A stretch of 64,000 nucleotides of DNA from a virus. Numbering within the stretch: position 1 is the stretch's first letter; every line of letters starts with the position of its first letter. This document shows positions 1-9,421 of the stretch, piece after piece. The position numbers and the translations under genes are program-made. The DNA lies in IMG/VR virus record IMGVR_UViG_3300027763_000034, positions 52,156 to 116,155 of that record; one strand, given 5' to 3'. Under the pieces are notes generated by a model. The model was not told the origin of the DNA. It did not search any database and saw nothing but the letters and a program-made list of their open reading frames with translations.

Positions 1-335
1 TTTGTTTGTGATCCGTATGAACCAGTTGTTACTGCTGTATTGTCTAAATCTATTGTTGTGATTCCTGTAGAATCAACGTATGTTCTTGTTAAGCCAACTC
101 CGCCTTCAATTGAAGCGCCGATTACATCTTGAATTACTTCTTGAGAACCACTCATTGATTGCCATGGACCGTTTGGTGATGCTAATCCATTGTAGTAGTA
201 CATAACATTGTCGCCACTGTTATAGTAAATTTGACCAATTACTGGGTTTGATGGAGCTGAGCCTAAATTCTGAATTCTAGCATTTAAGAGCTCATTTTTA
301 TTGAGATCAATGCTAACTAAAAACTTTTTTGCCAT
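1..335 (-). CDS. Putative virion structural/tail-fibre-like protein, N-terminal part (runs off window start)
   Basis: Not in ORF track. ATG at 335 reads [40 protein letters not shown]; the P.P..GQIYYN motif is typical of tail-fibre proteins. RBS GGGAG upstream. Confidence 0.6.
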   Translation of the reverse strand, partial: MAKKFLVSIDLNKNELLNARIQNLGSAPSNPVIGQIYYNSGDNVMYYYNGLASPNGPWQSMSGSQEVIQDVIGASIEGGVGLTRTYVDSTGITTIDLDNTAVTTGSYGSQT

Positions 336-347
336 TTTCTTTCTCCC

Positions 348-785
348 TTATGACAGATATGCTGTCCCTGAAAACGGTTGTGCCATAGTCAGTGTTAATA
401 TGTTTATACTATTATAGTCTATCCCAGTTTCTAATATATCCCCAGCACTTGACTTAACAGTCACATTGGGGTGGAACCCAAGGTTATGTGTTATTGGCAA
501 CGAGTAAATTCCATTTACTGGACCAACTATCTGTGCTAGTTCCCAAGAATGAGTCAGTGATATCTGCTTATCTAGAATGAAACTTTGTGCTATATTCCAC
601 GTATTTGTCTGTGTGTCTTTTGGACCCCAGAATCTTGTTGTATTTGTATCAAAATAAAAATCTCCAGGAACTCCAAGAGCATTATTTGGATTTCCTTGTC
701 CGCTTATAATTGTGCGCCCTGGCGCACCAGTAGATCTTACAACTACTAGGGGATTATTTTCGGTTACTATTAAACGTGTTGCCAT
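348..785 (-). CDS. Hypothetical virion structural protein
   Basis: G.PGDFYFDT..WGPK and ITHNLG motifs seen in phage tail-associated proteins; co-oriented with neighbours. Confidence 0.5.
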   Translation of the reverse strand: MATRLIVTENNPLVVVRSTGAPGRTIISGQGNPNNALGVPGDFYFDTNTTRFWGPKDTQTNTWNIAQSFILDKQISLTHSWELAQIVGPVNGIYSLPITHNLGFHPNVTVKSSAGDILETGIDYNSINILTLTMAQPFSGTAYLS

Positions 786-1129
786 TATACCGTTACTGAC
801 CTATTTAGAGTCATGTACCCTTCTAATAATCTTGTCTTATTAACGCTTGGATCAACTATAACTAGGTCGTATGCAGATTTTGGATAAAACATTTTATTTG
901 TTCTGTCTGAAGAAATAGAGATCTTTAACTTTCCTTCAGTTGGGCTAATGTTTATTCCATCTTGCTCTGTTAAAGTAAATGCTAATTTTTTACCACCTTG
1001 GGTGTCTCTAACTTGAAGTTTGGCGGTGTGAAAGTTTAATTGAATTGGGGTTTGGTCTTCGTCCAAATACTGAACTTCAAACGTAAAAGTTGTATTTTGG
1101 TCTACTTCAAAATTTTTTTGCGCTGCCAC
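785..1129 (-). CDS. Hypothetical virion structural protein (baseplate/tail accessory-like)
   Basis: DQ..TF, AKLQVR, YDL...RLLEG pattern; its stop overlaps the next start. Confidence 0.5.
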   Translation of the reverse strand: MAAQKNFEVDQNTTFTFEVQYLDEDQTPIQLNFHTAKLQVRDTQGGKKLAFTLTEQDGINISPTEGKLKISISSDRTNKMFYPKSAYDLVIVDPSVNKTRLLEGYMTLNRSVTV

Positions 1130-1146
1130 ATTTACCCCTAAATTAG

Positions 1147-1179
1147 AAAAGCCCTTATGCCAATTTTAGCATAAGGGCG
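1147..1179 (-). terminator. Intrinsic terminator
   Basis: GCCCTTATGC/GCATAAGGGC stem followed by a U tract on the - strand. Confidence 0.7.
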
Positions 1180-1197
1180 TTCCCAATCAACTATAAG

Positions 1198-1437
1198 TTA
1201 GGCTTTGTTAACAAATCCAAAACTCTTGTCATTTGGATTTAATGCCTTTAAAATTACGGGTGCTACTGCTGCGACTCCGCCAAGTAATAAATCTTTAGGA
1301 TTTGTATTACCTGTCATATATAAGGCTAGTGCTGCTGAAAGAAATGCTCTTCCGTAGCTTGCTAGCGCTGCTAGGATCTGTTCTTGCATGCTGACCTTTC
1401 CATCTTTGTTTAAATCTGCTTTTGCAAATTTAGCCAT
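1198..1437 (-). CDS. Holin-like small membrane protein
   Basis: 79 aa, two hydrophobic segments, C-terminal LNPND..FG. Confidence 0.5.
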   Translation of the reverse strand: MAKFAKADLNKDGKVSMQEQILAALASYGRAFLSAALALYMTGNTNPKDLLLGGVAAVAPVILKALNPNDKSFGFVNKA

Positions 1438-1507
1438 TTTATTATCTCCTTGTTGGGCAATTTGCCCCTGGAATTTTCGGCCTTAGCCGAATACTATAAT
1501 TCTACCA

Positions 1508-3442
1508 CTATGCTGAAATATCTACAAGCTCGCAATTACCGTCTGAGCTACAAGCAAGCGTGGCATTTATGGAAGTACCATCTTCTGTCTCATAAAAAGA
1601 CAAATCTTCCCAACGAATACTTTTAGGCATTTTTGCCGCTAAGTCCTCGTACTCTTTTTCTGAAATTTCTTGATATGGTGCCTGTTTATATGTATGCTCT
1701 GAATGAGGAAGGAATGATATACCAGACACTTCATCAAAGTTTTTGTAAACCCAGGCCCCTACTTCCATCCATTCGTCTTCTTTAACTGATACGGTAATGG
1801 AGGGCTTATGTTCACACCATGCACGTTGATATACCAGCCAAATATTTAAATGATCAATAGCTGTTAAATCACTTCTAACAATTGCACCCTCTGGCGCTTT
1901 AATTGGAAATGAGAATACGTATGTATCGTTTGGCTTCATAACATCATCTTCTACTGGAATTCCAACTTCCTTCAAAAATGTAGAGATTGGATCTCCCTTT
2001 GCTCCACGAACTGTACGAATGTAATATGGCGAATGCCAAGCATGCATTCCTGAAGATACCCCGACCAATTGAGATACTGTTCCTGACGGCTTTACGCATG
2101 TAATAGCGGCAGACTCAGGAATCCCAATTTTTCCAGCCTCATCTTTATTTTTTGCTCTTGCTAATTCTCTAAGCGTCATTAAAAAAGCTTCTAGTGAAAC
2201 AAGGTCTTCTTTACCTGACATAAACTTGTGTCCAAATTGTCCAGTTAGAGAAACACCTAATAAGCGCTCTTCTTCTGTATTGTCTTTCCATATCTTGCGA
2301 AGATATTTAAAGTCTGTAAGAGTTGACTGCCACGTCCCAAGGATAGTTGCAAGTTCAACCTTACGTTCAATTTCTTTCTTTGTATCATTCTCACGTAGTA
2401 CCACTTCTGAAAGGTTACAAAACTGATAAGGACGTAGGATAATCTCTGAGCACGGGTTAGTTCCATAGTGTATATCTGGATCTCTTCTTCCATACTTGGC
2501 TGCTTGGGCTTGAGCTGCGGCCACATTGTATATGCCTCGTTCTCCTGATTTTGAATCATATAGAGATTTCCATTCTGCAATAAATTGCTCCATCTCTGGC
2601 TTGCGTGAGTAAGCAACAGAGTTATTAGATAAAGCACGTTGCGTATTAGCTTCCCACCAGTTACCTGACTTAGCCTGTGCCATTTCAATATCGTTAATGT
2701 TAGAAAGAGAAATCATTGCTGATCGGCGAACTCCGCCTACAACAACTACCTCACCAATCTTGCACATAATATCGTGGCATTCAATTGGTTTAAGGTTTCT
2801 TCCTGTGGCGCTTTTGAACTTTGCAATTGTAAAATCAAATAGATTAACAAGTGGTTGTGGACCTGATGATCTTCCACCCATTGTCTTAAGTCTTGCACCT
2901 GCTGGCCTTACCTTAGAAACATCAATTGCTGGAATCTGTCCAGACCAAAGTAATGCTAGCAACTCACGGTATGCTTTAGCCCAACCTTGCTTAGAATCTT
3001 CTACTGTAATTACTGTAGTTGACTTCTCCAGTAACTCTGGGACGGCAGGAAGTTTATTAATGTACTTGTACTCAACAGAGAATCCAACGCCAGTGCCACA
3101 CATGAGAATATACATTGTCTCGTCAAATGAACGTGGTGAATCAACTGGAAGAAAAGCACAATTGTATCCTGCTACATTATCTCTTTCTAATGCTGGTCCT
3201 GAAGTCATTACTGATCTCATTGATGGCATTACATTTCGTTCAAATACAAACTCTTTTAATTCCGCAACTAGCTTTTCATTTGGAATATAATTATGGTTTA
3301 CCTTTAAATGGTTAGTCATAAACTCAAAATATCTATCTACTGTTTCTCCCCATGTTTCTCTACGGCCTTCTGCCTGTACCCATTTTGCATATCTGGATAA
3401 AGCAATAAAGTTTTCATAAGGATTTTCAATAGTTTGTGACAT
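1508..3442 (-). CDS. nrdJ: Class II (adenosylcobalamin-dependent) ribonucleotide reductase, monomeric RTPR type
   Basis: YNCAF, VVGGVRRSA, TNPCSEI, CNLSEV, TCVKPSGTVSQL, C-terminal Cys pair. Confidence 0.95.
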   Translation of the reverse strand: MSQTIENPYENFIALSRYAKWVQAEGRRETWGETVDRYFEFMTNHLKVNHNYIPNEKLVAELKEFVFERNVMPSMRSVMTSGPALERDNVAGYNCAFLPVDSPRSFDETMYILMCGTGVGFSVEYKYINKLPAVPELLEKSTTVITVEDSKQGWAKAYRELLALLWSGQIPAIDVSKVRPAGARLKTMGGRSSGPQPLVNLFDFTIAKFKSATGRNLKPIECHDIMCKIGEVVVVGGVRRSAMISLSNINDIEMAQAKSGNWWEANTQRALSNNSVAYSRKPEMEQFIAEWKSLYDSKSGERGIYNVAAAQAQAAKYGRRDPDIHYGTNPCSEIILRPYQFCNLSEVVLRENDTKKEIERKVELATILGTWQSTLTDFKYLRKIWKDNTEEERLLGVSLTGQFGHKFMSGKEDLVSLEAFLMTLRELARAKNKDEAGKIGIPESAAITCVKPSGTVSQLVGVSSGMHAWHSPYYIRTVRGAKGDPISTFLKEVGIPVEDDVMKPNDTYVFSFPIKAPEGAIVRSDLTAIDHLNIWLVYQRAWCEHKPSITVSVKEDEWMEVGAWVYKNFDEVSGISFLPHSEHTYKQAPYQEISEKEYEDLAAKMPKSIRWEDLSFYETEDGTSINATLACSSDGNCELVDISA

Positions 3443-3638
3443 TTATTATACGACCTTCTCTCCGCCTTGCGGTGTTAATTTTAAGTGAAGTCCTAGTGTA
3501 TCAAACTTTTATTTATCAGTCTATGGGTAAAAATATTTTTTATTTATCTCATTATGTAAGATAGCATCTTGGTTGACTAACTTGACAGTTGTTTATATTT
3601 AATGCTATTCTTATAGTTCGTTATCTCTATAGGAGGAA

Positions 3639-4187
3639 ATGCCAATGGAGAATATAAAGCAACAGTTTAGCGATTTGGTTCGTGACTGGACAATAATAGC
3701 AGTAACAATGTTATTTTTGTTTGGCAACTCAGCAAACGCTTTAACTGTAGTAGCACCTTTAGTGAAAACTGAAGCCCAATTAAAGCAAGAAGTCTTAGAT
3801 AGTTTTAGTAAAGAGATTTACAAGCCATCTGAGATGCTTACAGACAAAGAGTTAAAACTATTACTTGAGACTGTAGGATTCGAAGGGTCAGGCCTTAAAA
3901 AAGCTTGGTCTATAGCAAAGCGTGAATCTAATGGAAGACCGCTTGCATATAACGGGAATAGGAATACAGGAGATAGTTCTTACGGATTATTTCAGATAAA
4001 TATGATTGGAAATCTTGGTCCGCAAAGACTTGAGAAATTTGATCTACAGAGTAACAAAGAGTTATTCGACCCAGTAACAAACGCAGAGATAACGTACTAT
4101 ATGACCGATGGCGGCAATGATTGGTCAAGCTGGAAGGGTATGACCCCAAAAGCTAAGGAATTTTTATTAAAATTTCCGACAAAGTAA
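3639..4187 (+). CDS. Membrane-anchored lytic transglycosylase (SLT/lysozyme-like)
   Basis: N-terminal hydrophobic segment; catalytic RES motif, YGLFQIN, LFDP..N, W..W. Confidence 0.85.
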   Translation: MPMENIKQQFSDLVRDWTIIAVTMLFLFGNSANALTVVAPLVKTEAQLKQEVLDSFSKEIYKPSEMLTDKELKLLLETVGFEGSGLKKAWSIAKRESNGRPLAYNGNRNTGDSSYGLFQINMIGNLGPQRLEKFDLQSNKELFDPVTNAEITYYMTDGGNDWSSWKGMTPKAKEFLLKFPTK

Positions 4188-4197
4188 AGGAGATGGG

Positions 4198-4413
4198 ATG
4201 AGGATACAGTATGTATCAACTTACATCTCCATGTCAGAAGAAGGATTGGTTGAAAAGCTTTTATGCCCAGTAGACCAATCCATTCTTTTTTCTAATCAAA
4301 GCCTTTTAGATGAAATATACTTATATTGCTTAGAGTGCGATTATAAAAAGGCTCTTGGAACGGCAAGCTATCAAAAAATAGTTGATGAGGTGAATAAACA
4401 CAAAAATGTGTAA
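4198..4413 (+). CDS. Small Zn-ribbon-like hypothetical protein
   Basis: CPVD...CLEC; RBS AAGGAG. Confidence 0.6.
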   Translation: MRIQYVSTYISMSEEGLVEKLLCPVDQSILFSNQSLLDEIYLYCLECDYKKALGTASYQKIVDEVNKHKNV

Positions 4414-4496
4414 AGAAAATTGTATTTGTAATTTAGAAAATGATTCGGTTCCGATACAGGTAACTGACGCAATGGGTAGAGAGGTTTTTTGGTTAG

Positions 4497-4712
4497 ATGC
4501 AGGAAGGCCAGAATAATCAAATTTCAAATGATTTAGAAGATAATTTGCCTATGGTAAATTACATAATGCTTCATAGAATATATGACATGCTTAGCCTTAT
4601 AGCAAAGGGATCGGTTGGGCAGGAAGAAGTAAGCAAAATGATTGCTTACCACGAACAGGGATATTTATTGGGCCCATCTCCAGCCTTTACCCCAGGAGAT
4701 CAAAATGATTGA
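4497..4712 (+). CDS. Hypothetical protein
   Basis: ORF in co-oriented operon; start uncertain. Confidence 0.5.
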   Translation: MQEGQNNQISNDLEDNLPMVNYIMLHRIYDMLSLIAKGSVGQEEVSKMIAYHEQGYLLGPSPAFTPGDQND

Positions 4713-4908
4713 TCCATTAAAACAAAGAATGATATTAAAAGATATGCACAAAAAGTTTCAAGATTTAAGTACTGATCTTGCTAAACTTAATGGCCTTTCT
4801 TTAGAAGAAGCTAATATATATGCAGACAACTCAAAAGAATCAACATTTTGGCTTTTAGATAAAGTACTTCAAGACATGGTAGAAAAAAAATATATAAAAT
4901 TTGATTGA
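4705..4908 (+). CDS. Hypothetical protein
   Basis: AGGAG RBS before ATG 4705 (track start 4642 probably too long). Confidence 0.55.
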   Translation: MIDPLKQRMILKDMHKKFQDLSTDLAKLNGLSLEEANIYADNSKESTFWLLDKVLQDMVEKKYIKFD

Positions 4909-4939
4909 CTATTATAGATTCTTGTAATATAATTAAAAC

Positions 4940-5002
4940 TCAGGTTGAGTTATGCTCCCTGTTAAAACCCTAGTCGGATCCGCCTCTGACTAGGGTTTTT
5001 TA
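4940..5002 (+). ncRNA. Candidate ~65-nt small RNA
   Basis: TTGACT-17-TATAAT promoter (4905-4933), two hairpins ending in a terminator with U tract, no ORF; the next gene has its own -10. Confidence 0.5.
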
Positions 5003-5038
5003 ATACCATAGCCGTGATACAATTAGGTTATATTATCA

Positions 5039-5896
5039 ATGGAGGCAAAAATGTATTTTTATGACAGACCAGATTGTATAAAACTTTCAAGCTACACCGA
5101 CGCTTATGGAACCCCAAGCGGTATATTTTTGTTTAAAAACATACTGCCCGAAGAATTAATGTTAGACCTTGAAAACGAGCTGGACTCAATAGACTACCGA
5201 GACACCTTTAAATATTCAGGAACACTTATTAGCTGGTATGAGAATAAGATGGCCCCTAGACCAAAAAAACTATTAGAGTTTTGGGAATTTATTAGTGAGC
5301 TTCTTTATCCACATTATGTTATTCACCCTTCACAATCAATCTTAAATATAAGACCTGGGGACGGTGGAATGTTTACACATTCAGATAGTCCTGGAAAGGG
5401 TGCTTGCCATCTTTTATCTCAAGACGACAAATATGCAACATGCTGTGTAATTGACTACGGTCTAGTTGCTTATTTTGGACACTTTACTGGCGGAGAAATA
5501 TTTTATCCAGACATCAACCCAGATGGAACTATAAAAACTGATGACAACAGACAAGCAGGTCAATACGAATACCTTCCTCAGCGTGGAGACATACTTATTC
5601 ACAGCGCTTTTGATCCATACAGCCACGGAGTAAAAGAAGTTGAATCTGGTGTAAGGTATGCGTTTTCAAACTTCTGTTTAAAGACAGAAGACAATCCAGG
5701 AACATTCTACAATTACAAAACTCCAGAGTATTACGAACAAATAGGAAATGGAACAGAGGATGAGCTTGATAAGTGGATGCAGCCATTAAGAGAAAATCCA
5801 CAGTTCTCAAAAGATAGAATTGCAATTATGCAAGCATCAGGCCTTGAAGGTAAAGAATTAGCATCTACATTTATGTCCGAATTCAAAGAGCATTAA
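5039..5896 (+). CDS. 2OG-Fe(II) oxygenase (prolyl-4-hydroxylase-like)
   Basis: HSD...FTGGEIFYP...HGVKEVESGVRY. Confidence 0.85.
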   Translation: MEAKMYFYDRPDCIKLSSYTDAYGTPSGIFLFKNILPEELMLDLENELDSIDYRDTFKYSGTLISWYENKMAPRPKKLLEFWEFISELLYPHYVIHPSQSILNIRPGDGGMFTHSDSPGKGACHLLSQDDKYATCCVIDYGLVAYFGHFTGGEIFYPDINPDGTIKTDDNRQAGQYEYLPQRGDILIHSAFDPYSHGVKEVESGVRYAFSNFCLKTEDNPGTFYNYKTPEYYEQIGNGTEDELDKWMQPLRENPQFSKDRIAIMQASGLEGKELASTFMSEFKEH

Positions 5897-5965
5897 GATC
5901 ATTTAGTGCAAAAGTGAAAAAATTGAAGTGCGGCGGCGGTAGAAGATACCATTTGGAGGATATGA

Positions 5966-6124
5966 ATGCCTAGAGACCATTTTAGTAAGATGATGAAGAG
6001 CCCATACTTCCAAACAGATCATTTTAAAAATGAATCCCATGAAGCTTTACTTGAAGCAAAAATAGAAAATGCTATATTTAAATTCTTTAATAGATTTAAA
6101 CTTAAGCGATACAGGGCCAAATAA
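5966..6124 (+). CDS. Small hypothetical protein (52 aa)
   Basis: GGAGG RBS; MPRDHFSKMMKSPYF...; below the track length cut-off. Confidence 0.5.
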   Translation: MPRDHFSKMMKSPYFQTDHFKNESHEALLEAKIENAIFKFFNRFKLKRYRAK

Positions 6125-6531
6125 GGCTCTTTGAGTAAAGTTCTACCAGTTACACTGGTTAAATTCTCTGATGGCCTTCTGAGCCATTATAAGACCCATT
6201 CTGACAGAATCTGACAGTAGACAATATGAATATATTCTAGTCAACTAGGATATATATACACATACTGCATATATAGATATCAATACCCATGAACATATGA
6301 TTACAGTCTTATAGAACTTAGAGCTGATCATTGTCTATATCCTCATTTAGGTCAAAATCAAAGATTTCTTCTTTACCCGCCCAATTTAAAAATCTAGACA
6401 ATGCAACTCCTGAAAGGATTGCTGTCGCAATTAGACTTACCAATGCCCATATCTTTTTCATTTAATATCATCCCAAAATGCAATAATAGCAATAACTATT
6501 GGTCCAAATATAATTGATGCTTGAAGCCAGT

Positions 6532-7167
6532 TCATAGGTCATACCCAAATGTATGAAATTCCCATGCCCATTCATATGATATATTCTCCATCTGCTCTTC
6601 TGAAAACACATCTTTTGCAGTTATTTCTTTTGGTCTATGAGCTTTTTGATATACATTTAAATCTAAATGCAATCCTTTGGGCTCTAAAATTTTATTAATT
6701 CCTGGCTCAATTCCATCCTCATATTTAATAACATTTTTAACCTGAATAACACCATCTTTGGAGTATAACCCTTTTGTACTTTTTAACCACCCACGCCATT
6801 CTTCTCTTAAAGTGTTTTCAAAATATCTATTTACAAAATTAGATCTATCTCCAGATAAATAGTTTTGCATATTACCTGTATACTCTAGCTGCAAAAAGAA
6901 ATCTGACATGACTGTATCGTATGGGTTTCTGACCACAACGCATGAGTCTACTTCAGATAAATTTTCAATCAGTGTTTCTAATTCTGAGTATGGGATATGA
7001 TTAAAAAACTTTTCATCATTTCTTGGACTATGTCTTTCATCTATTGGATGTACTGGAGTTACAACAGCATCATCGTCCATTATTTGAGATAAACAAATTT
7101 CAGTTGAAGACCCTCCAACTTTTTTATTTTTTAAATATAAAAAATTATATTTTTTTGAATATATCAT
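6532..7167 (-). CDS. Sulfotransferase-family protein
   Basis: FLYLKNKKVGGSS (5'-PSB-like) and VVRNPYD..MS (3'-PB-like). Confidence 0.75.
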   Translation of the reverse strand: MIYSKKYNFLYLKNKKVGGSSTEICLSQIMDDDAVVTPVHPIDERHSPRNDEKFFNHIPYSELETLIENLSEVDSCVVVRNPYDTVMSDFFLQLEYTGNMQNYLSGDRSNFVNRYFENTLREEWRGWLKSTKGLYSKDGVIQVKNVIKYEDGIEPGINKILEPKGLHLDLNVYQKAHRPKEITAKDVFSEEQMENISYEWAWEFHTFGYDL

Positions 7168-7180
7168 TTAATGCCTCCAG

Positions 7181-7255
7181 TAGGGATACTGGGATTTGAA
7201 CCCAGAATCTATTGTATATAAGACAAGTGCTTTAACCAGATTAAGCTATATCCCC
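7181..7255 (-). tRNA. tRNA-Ile(UAU)
   Basis: Cloverleaf GGGGATA/TATCCCT, anticodon loop CT-TAT-AT, T arm CTGGG-TTCAAAT-CCCAG; CCA not encoded. Confidence 0.85.
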
Positions 7256-7398
7256 TAGGGACTAGCGTATTCGGCTTGCTACTAGCTTTTCAATGCAAGA
7301 TGTGCAAAAGTTTTCAAGTATGCCTTTAGCGTTTATACGCTCTACATACTTTGGGTTTTCACAAAAATCACATTTCATAGTATTAGTATACCATAATT

Positions 7399-7998
7399 TT
7401 AGTTGACTGCAATTTTATATTTGTATTCCCAATATCTATCATAGGTCTGCTTGACAATGTCGCTTGATTCAACCGCAGCTTTTAATATTGGTTTTTCTGG
7501 TGTTCCTATATTTCTATTTCTTCTAGCAAGTGGATAATTTACATCAGAAAGGTTTGCAACTAACTTTTCATCTACCCATTTATCAGTTACATCAAAATCT
7601 ACAATAGGTATATTAAACTTATCAGAAATCTTTTGTACTAGATCCATTGGATTATTTCTCATATCTTCATACACATAAATTAATACGTTGTCCCTTTCAA
7701 AATCATCCATGAAAACGTTGTATAGCGTATTATAATATTTTATTTTTAGTTTTAATGTATCTGAATTAGATATTTCAAATTCCCGCAAATCTGGAGAATC
7801 TATGCCTTGAAAATGTCTTTCTAAGCCTGAGACTATTGCGTAATATGGATCTCTAAGTATGTATACCTGATTTCCGCCTTCTGTTAGCAGATGCGGCTGA
7901 TGTGTTGTTTGAAACCATTTTCCAAAAGCTTTTTGTAAAATAGTGCTACAATAAGTTGTACCTGATCCTGGGGCTGAGTTTATAATTAAGTCATCCAT
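7399..7998 (-). CDS. Sulfotransferase-like P-loop protein
   Basis: INSAPGSGTTY, ILRDPYYAIVS, YEDM. Confidence 0.65.
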   Translation of the reverse strand: MDDLIINSAPGSGTTYCSTILQKAFGKWFQTTHQPHLLTEGGNQVYILRDPYYAIVSGLERHFQGIDSPDLREFEISNSDTLKLKIKYYNTLYNVFMDDFERDNVLIYVYEDMRNNPMDLVQKISDKFNIPIVDFDVTDKWVDEKLVANLSDVNYPLARRNRNIGTPEKPILKAAVESSDIVKQTYDRYWEYKYKIAVN

Positions 7999-9292
7999 TT
8001 ATATTTTCCTTTTCTATTTGTTTTTTATACTCCAAAAATAATTCTTTCATTGGCTCATATTCACGTATTCTATTATTAATAAGGCTCCTTAAAGGATTTA
8101 TTTTTTTTGGAATTCTTTTTTCAGCAAACTTATCATTTTTCATTTTATTAATAATAATTTCTTGAATTAAATTTGAATCAAAATCTTTTAGTTTAGCATT
8201 AAATTTATTAGAAAATTTATTTAAAAAGTTTTCTGGTGTTTTTGTTAAAAACTCAAATGTGCACAATAAAGCATGACTACTTTCTTCTTTATTTAATTGA
8301 TTTAAAAAATACCTATAATCTTTTATACATCTTTCAAACATATCATCTAATATAAATCTATCAAATTTTATTTGATTCATAAATCTAGCATTCTCGAGAT
8401 AGTTAAGTGAACTTGAGTTTTTACTTAAATCAAGTTCTATACAAGATGCTATTGATTCGTATGGATCTCTTATTATTGATACATCAAAAATATTTTTATT
8501 AAAAGATGTGTAGTCGTGGTGCTGCGATTCGTACCTGGAGTCTTCAACATATTCATGTAGTAAATTTTCAGCAAAAGTATTTCCACATCCTGGTGGTGAT
8601 ATCAGACTGAACTGAACAGTTTTAATCAAAGATGCTTTTTTAATAAATAAATCATATATCTTGCTCCAATATTCTCTCTTTAAAGAATCTTGTGGATGAG
8701 GGGCCCATGTTGCAGTATCTTCTGGGGTAAATTCAGATAGTCCAACTGCCTCTCTAATTTCTAATTGAGTTATCGGTTTAAGCATATTATGATCTCTAAC
8801 ATACTTGTTAAGAGTGCTTATAAATATGCCATTAATTTTTCTTCTTTCTTCGTAAGTATAGCTTGGAGAAATCCCATCATACTTTAGAAGCATTTCAGTG
8901 AATTGCGGAAGTGGTTCTATTAACTGTATTGTTGAGCCCTTAAAGTATTCTCTAACACGGTCTAAATACTCTATAACTGTTTGCTCTGTATTTTGATGTT
9001 TTGGTAGCCACTGTCTAATGTCTACATATCCCAGCCATAACATAACTATGTCTGAATCTTTAAATTCGTTAAATGGTCTTACCCAGTAATCTCTTTGCTT
9101 TACACAATAATCGCTTCCGCTTTCTATTCCACTGGATTCCGCTTTTTCTTCCTCAAGTTTTTTTGGATCAAATGCCCATGCTGTCATACCAGCAACTCCC
9201 CAGACCTTAAAATCTACTGGGCAATCTTCTGGATTCCAATGCTCCCATATTCTGGTTGAGTGGCAATCTCCTATAAGGTTTACTGATCTCAT
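7991..9292 (-). CDS. Fusion of an SGNH-like N-terminal domain and a sulfotransferase-like C-terminal domain
   Basis: LIGDCHS...WLGYVDIRQWLP (paralogous to 46391-47143), then ISPPGCGNTF and IIRDPYESIAS. Confidence 0.6.
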   Translation of the reverse strand: MRSVNLIGDCHSTRIWEHWNPEDCPVDFKVWGVAGMTAWAFDPKKLEEEKAESSGIESGSDYCVKQRDYWVRPFNEFKDSDIVMLWLGYVDIRQWLPKHQNTEQTVIEYLDRVREYFKGSTIQLIEPLPQFTEMLLKYDGISPSYTYEERRKINGIFISTLNKYVRDHNMLKPITQLEIREAVGLSEFTPEDTATWAPHPQDSLKREYWSKIYDLFIKKASLIKTVQFSLISPPGCGNTFAENLLHEYVEDSRYESQHHDYTSFNKNIFDVSIIRDPYESIASCIELDLSKNSSSLNYLENARFMNQIKFDRFILDDMFERCIKDYRYFLNQLNKEESSHALLCTFEFLTKTPENFLNKFSNKFNAKLKDFDSNLIQEIIINKMKNDKFAEKRIPKKINPLRSLINNRIREYEPMKELFLEYKKQIEKENING

Positions 9293-9421
9293 ACTTTATT
9301 GTATCATTCTATGTATCACTTGATCTTAGGTCTTAGGTCTTATATATTTAATATTTATTATTTATTGATTTACTGACCCCCCGACCCCCCTATTGGAAGT
9401 ATACTAAATGAAAATTCTATG

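Noticed and set aside
2226-3315. Alternative ORFs within nrdJ, and similar ones inside dnaE, terL, recA and the carbamoyltransferase
   Set aside because: Shadow or out-of-frame ORFs over well-supported genes, with no recognisable motifs.
3443-3638. Cobalamin riboswitch upstream of nrdJ
   Set aside because: Leader is short and I see no B12-box; the region holds divergent promoters.
6186-6206. Possible 16th TGTCAG promoter on the - strand
   Set aside because: Spacer is 9 nt rather than 10, and there is no clear downstream gene.
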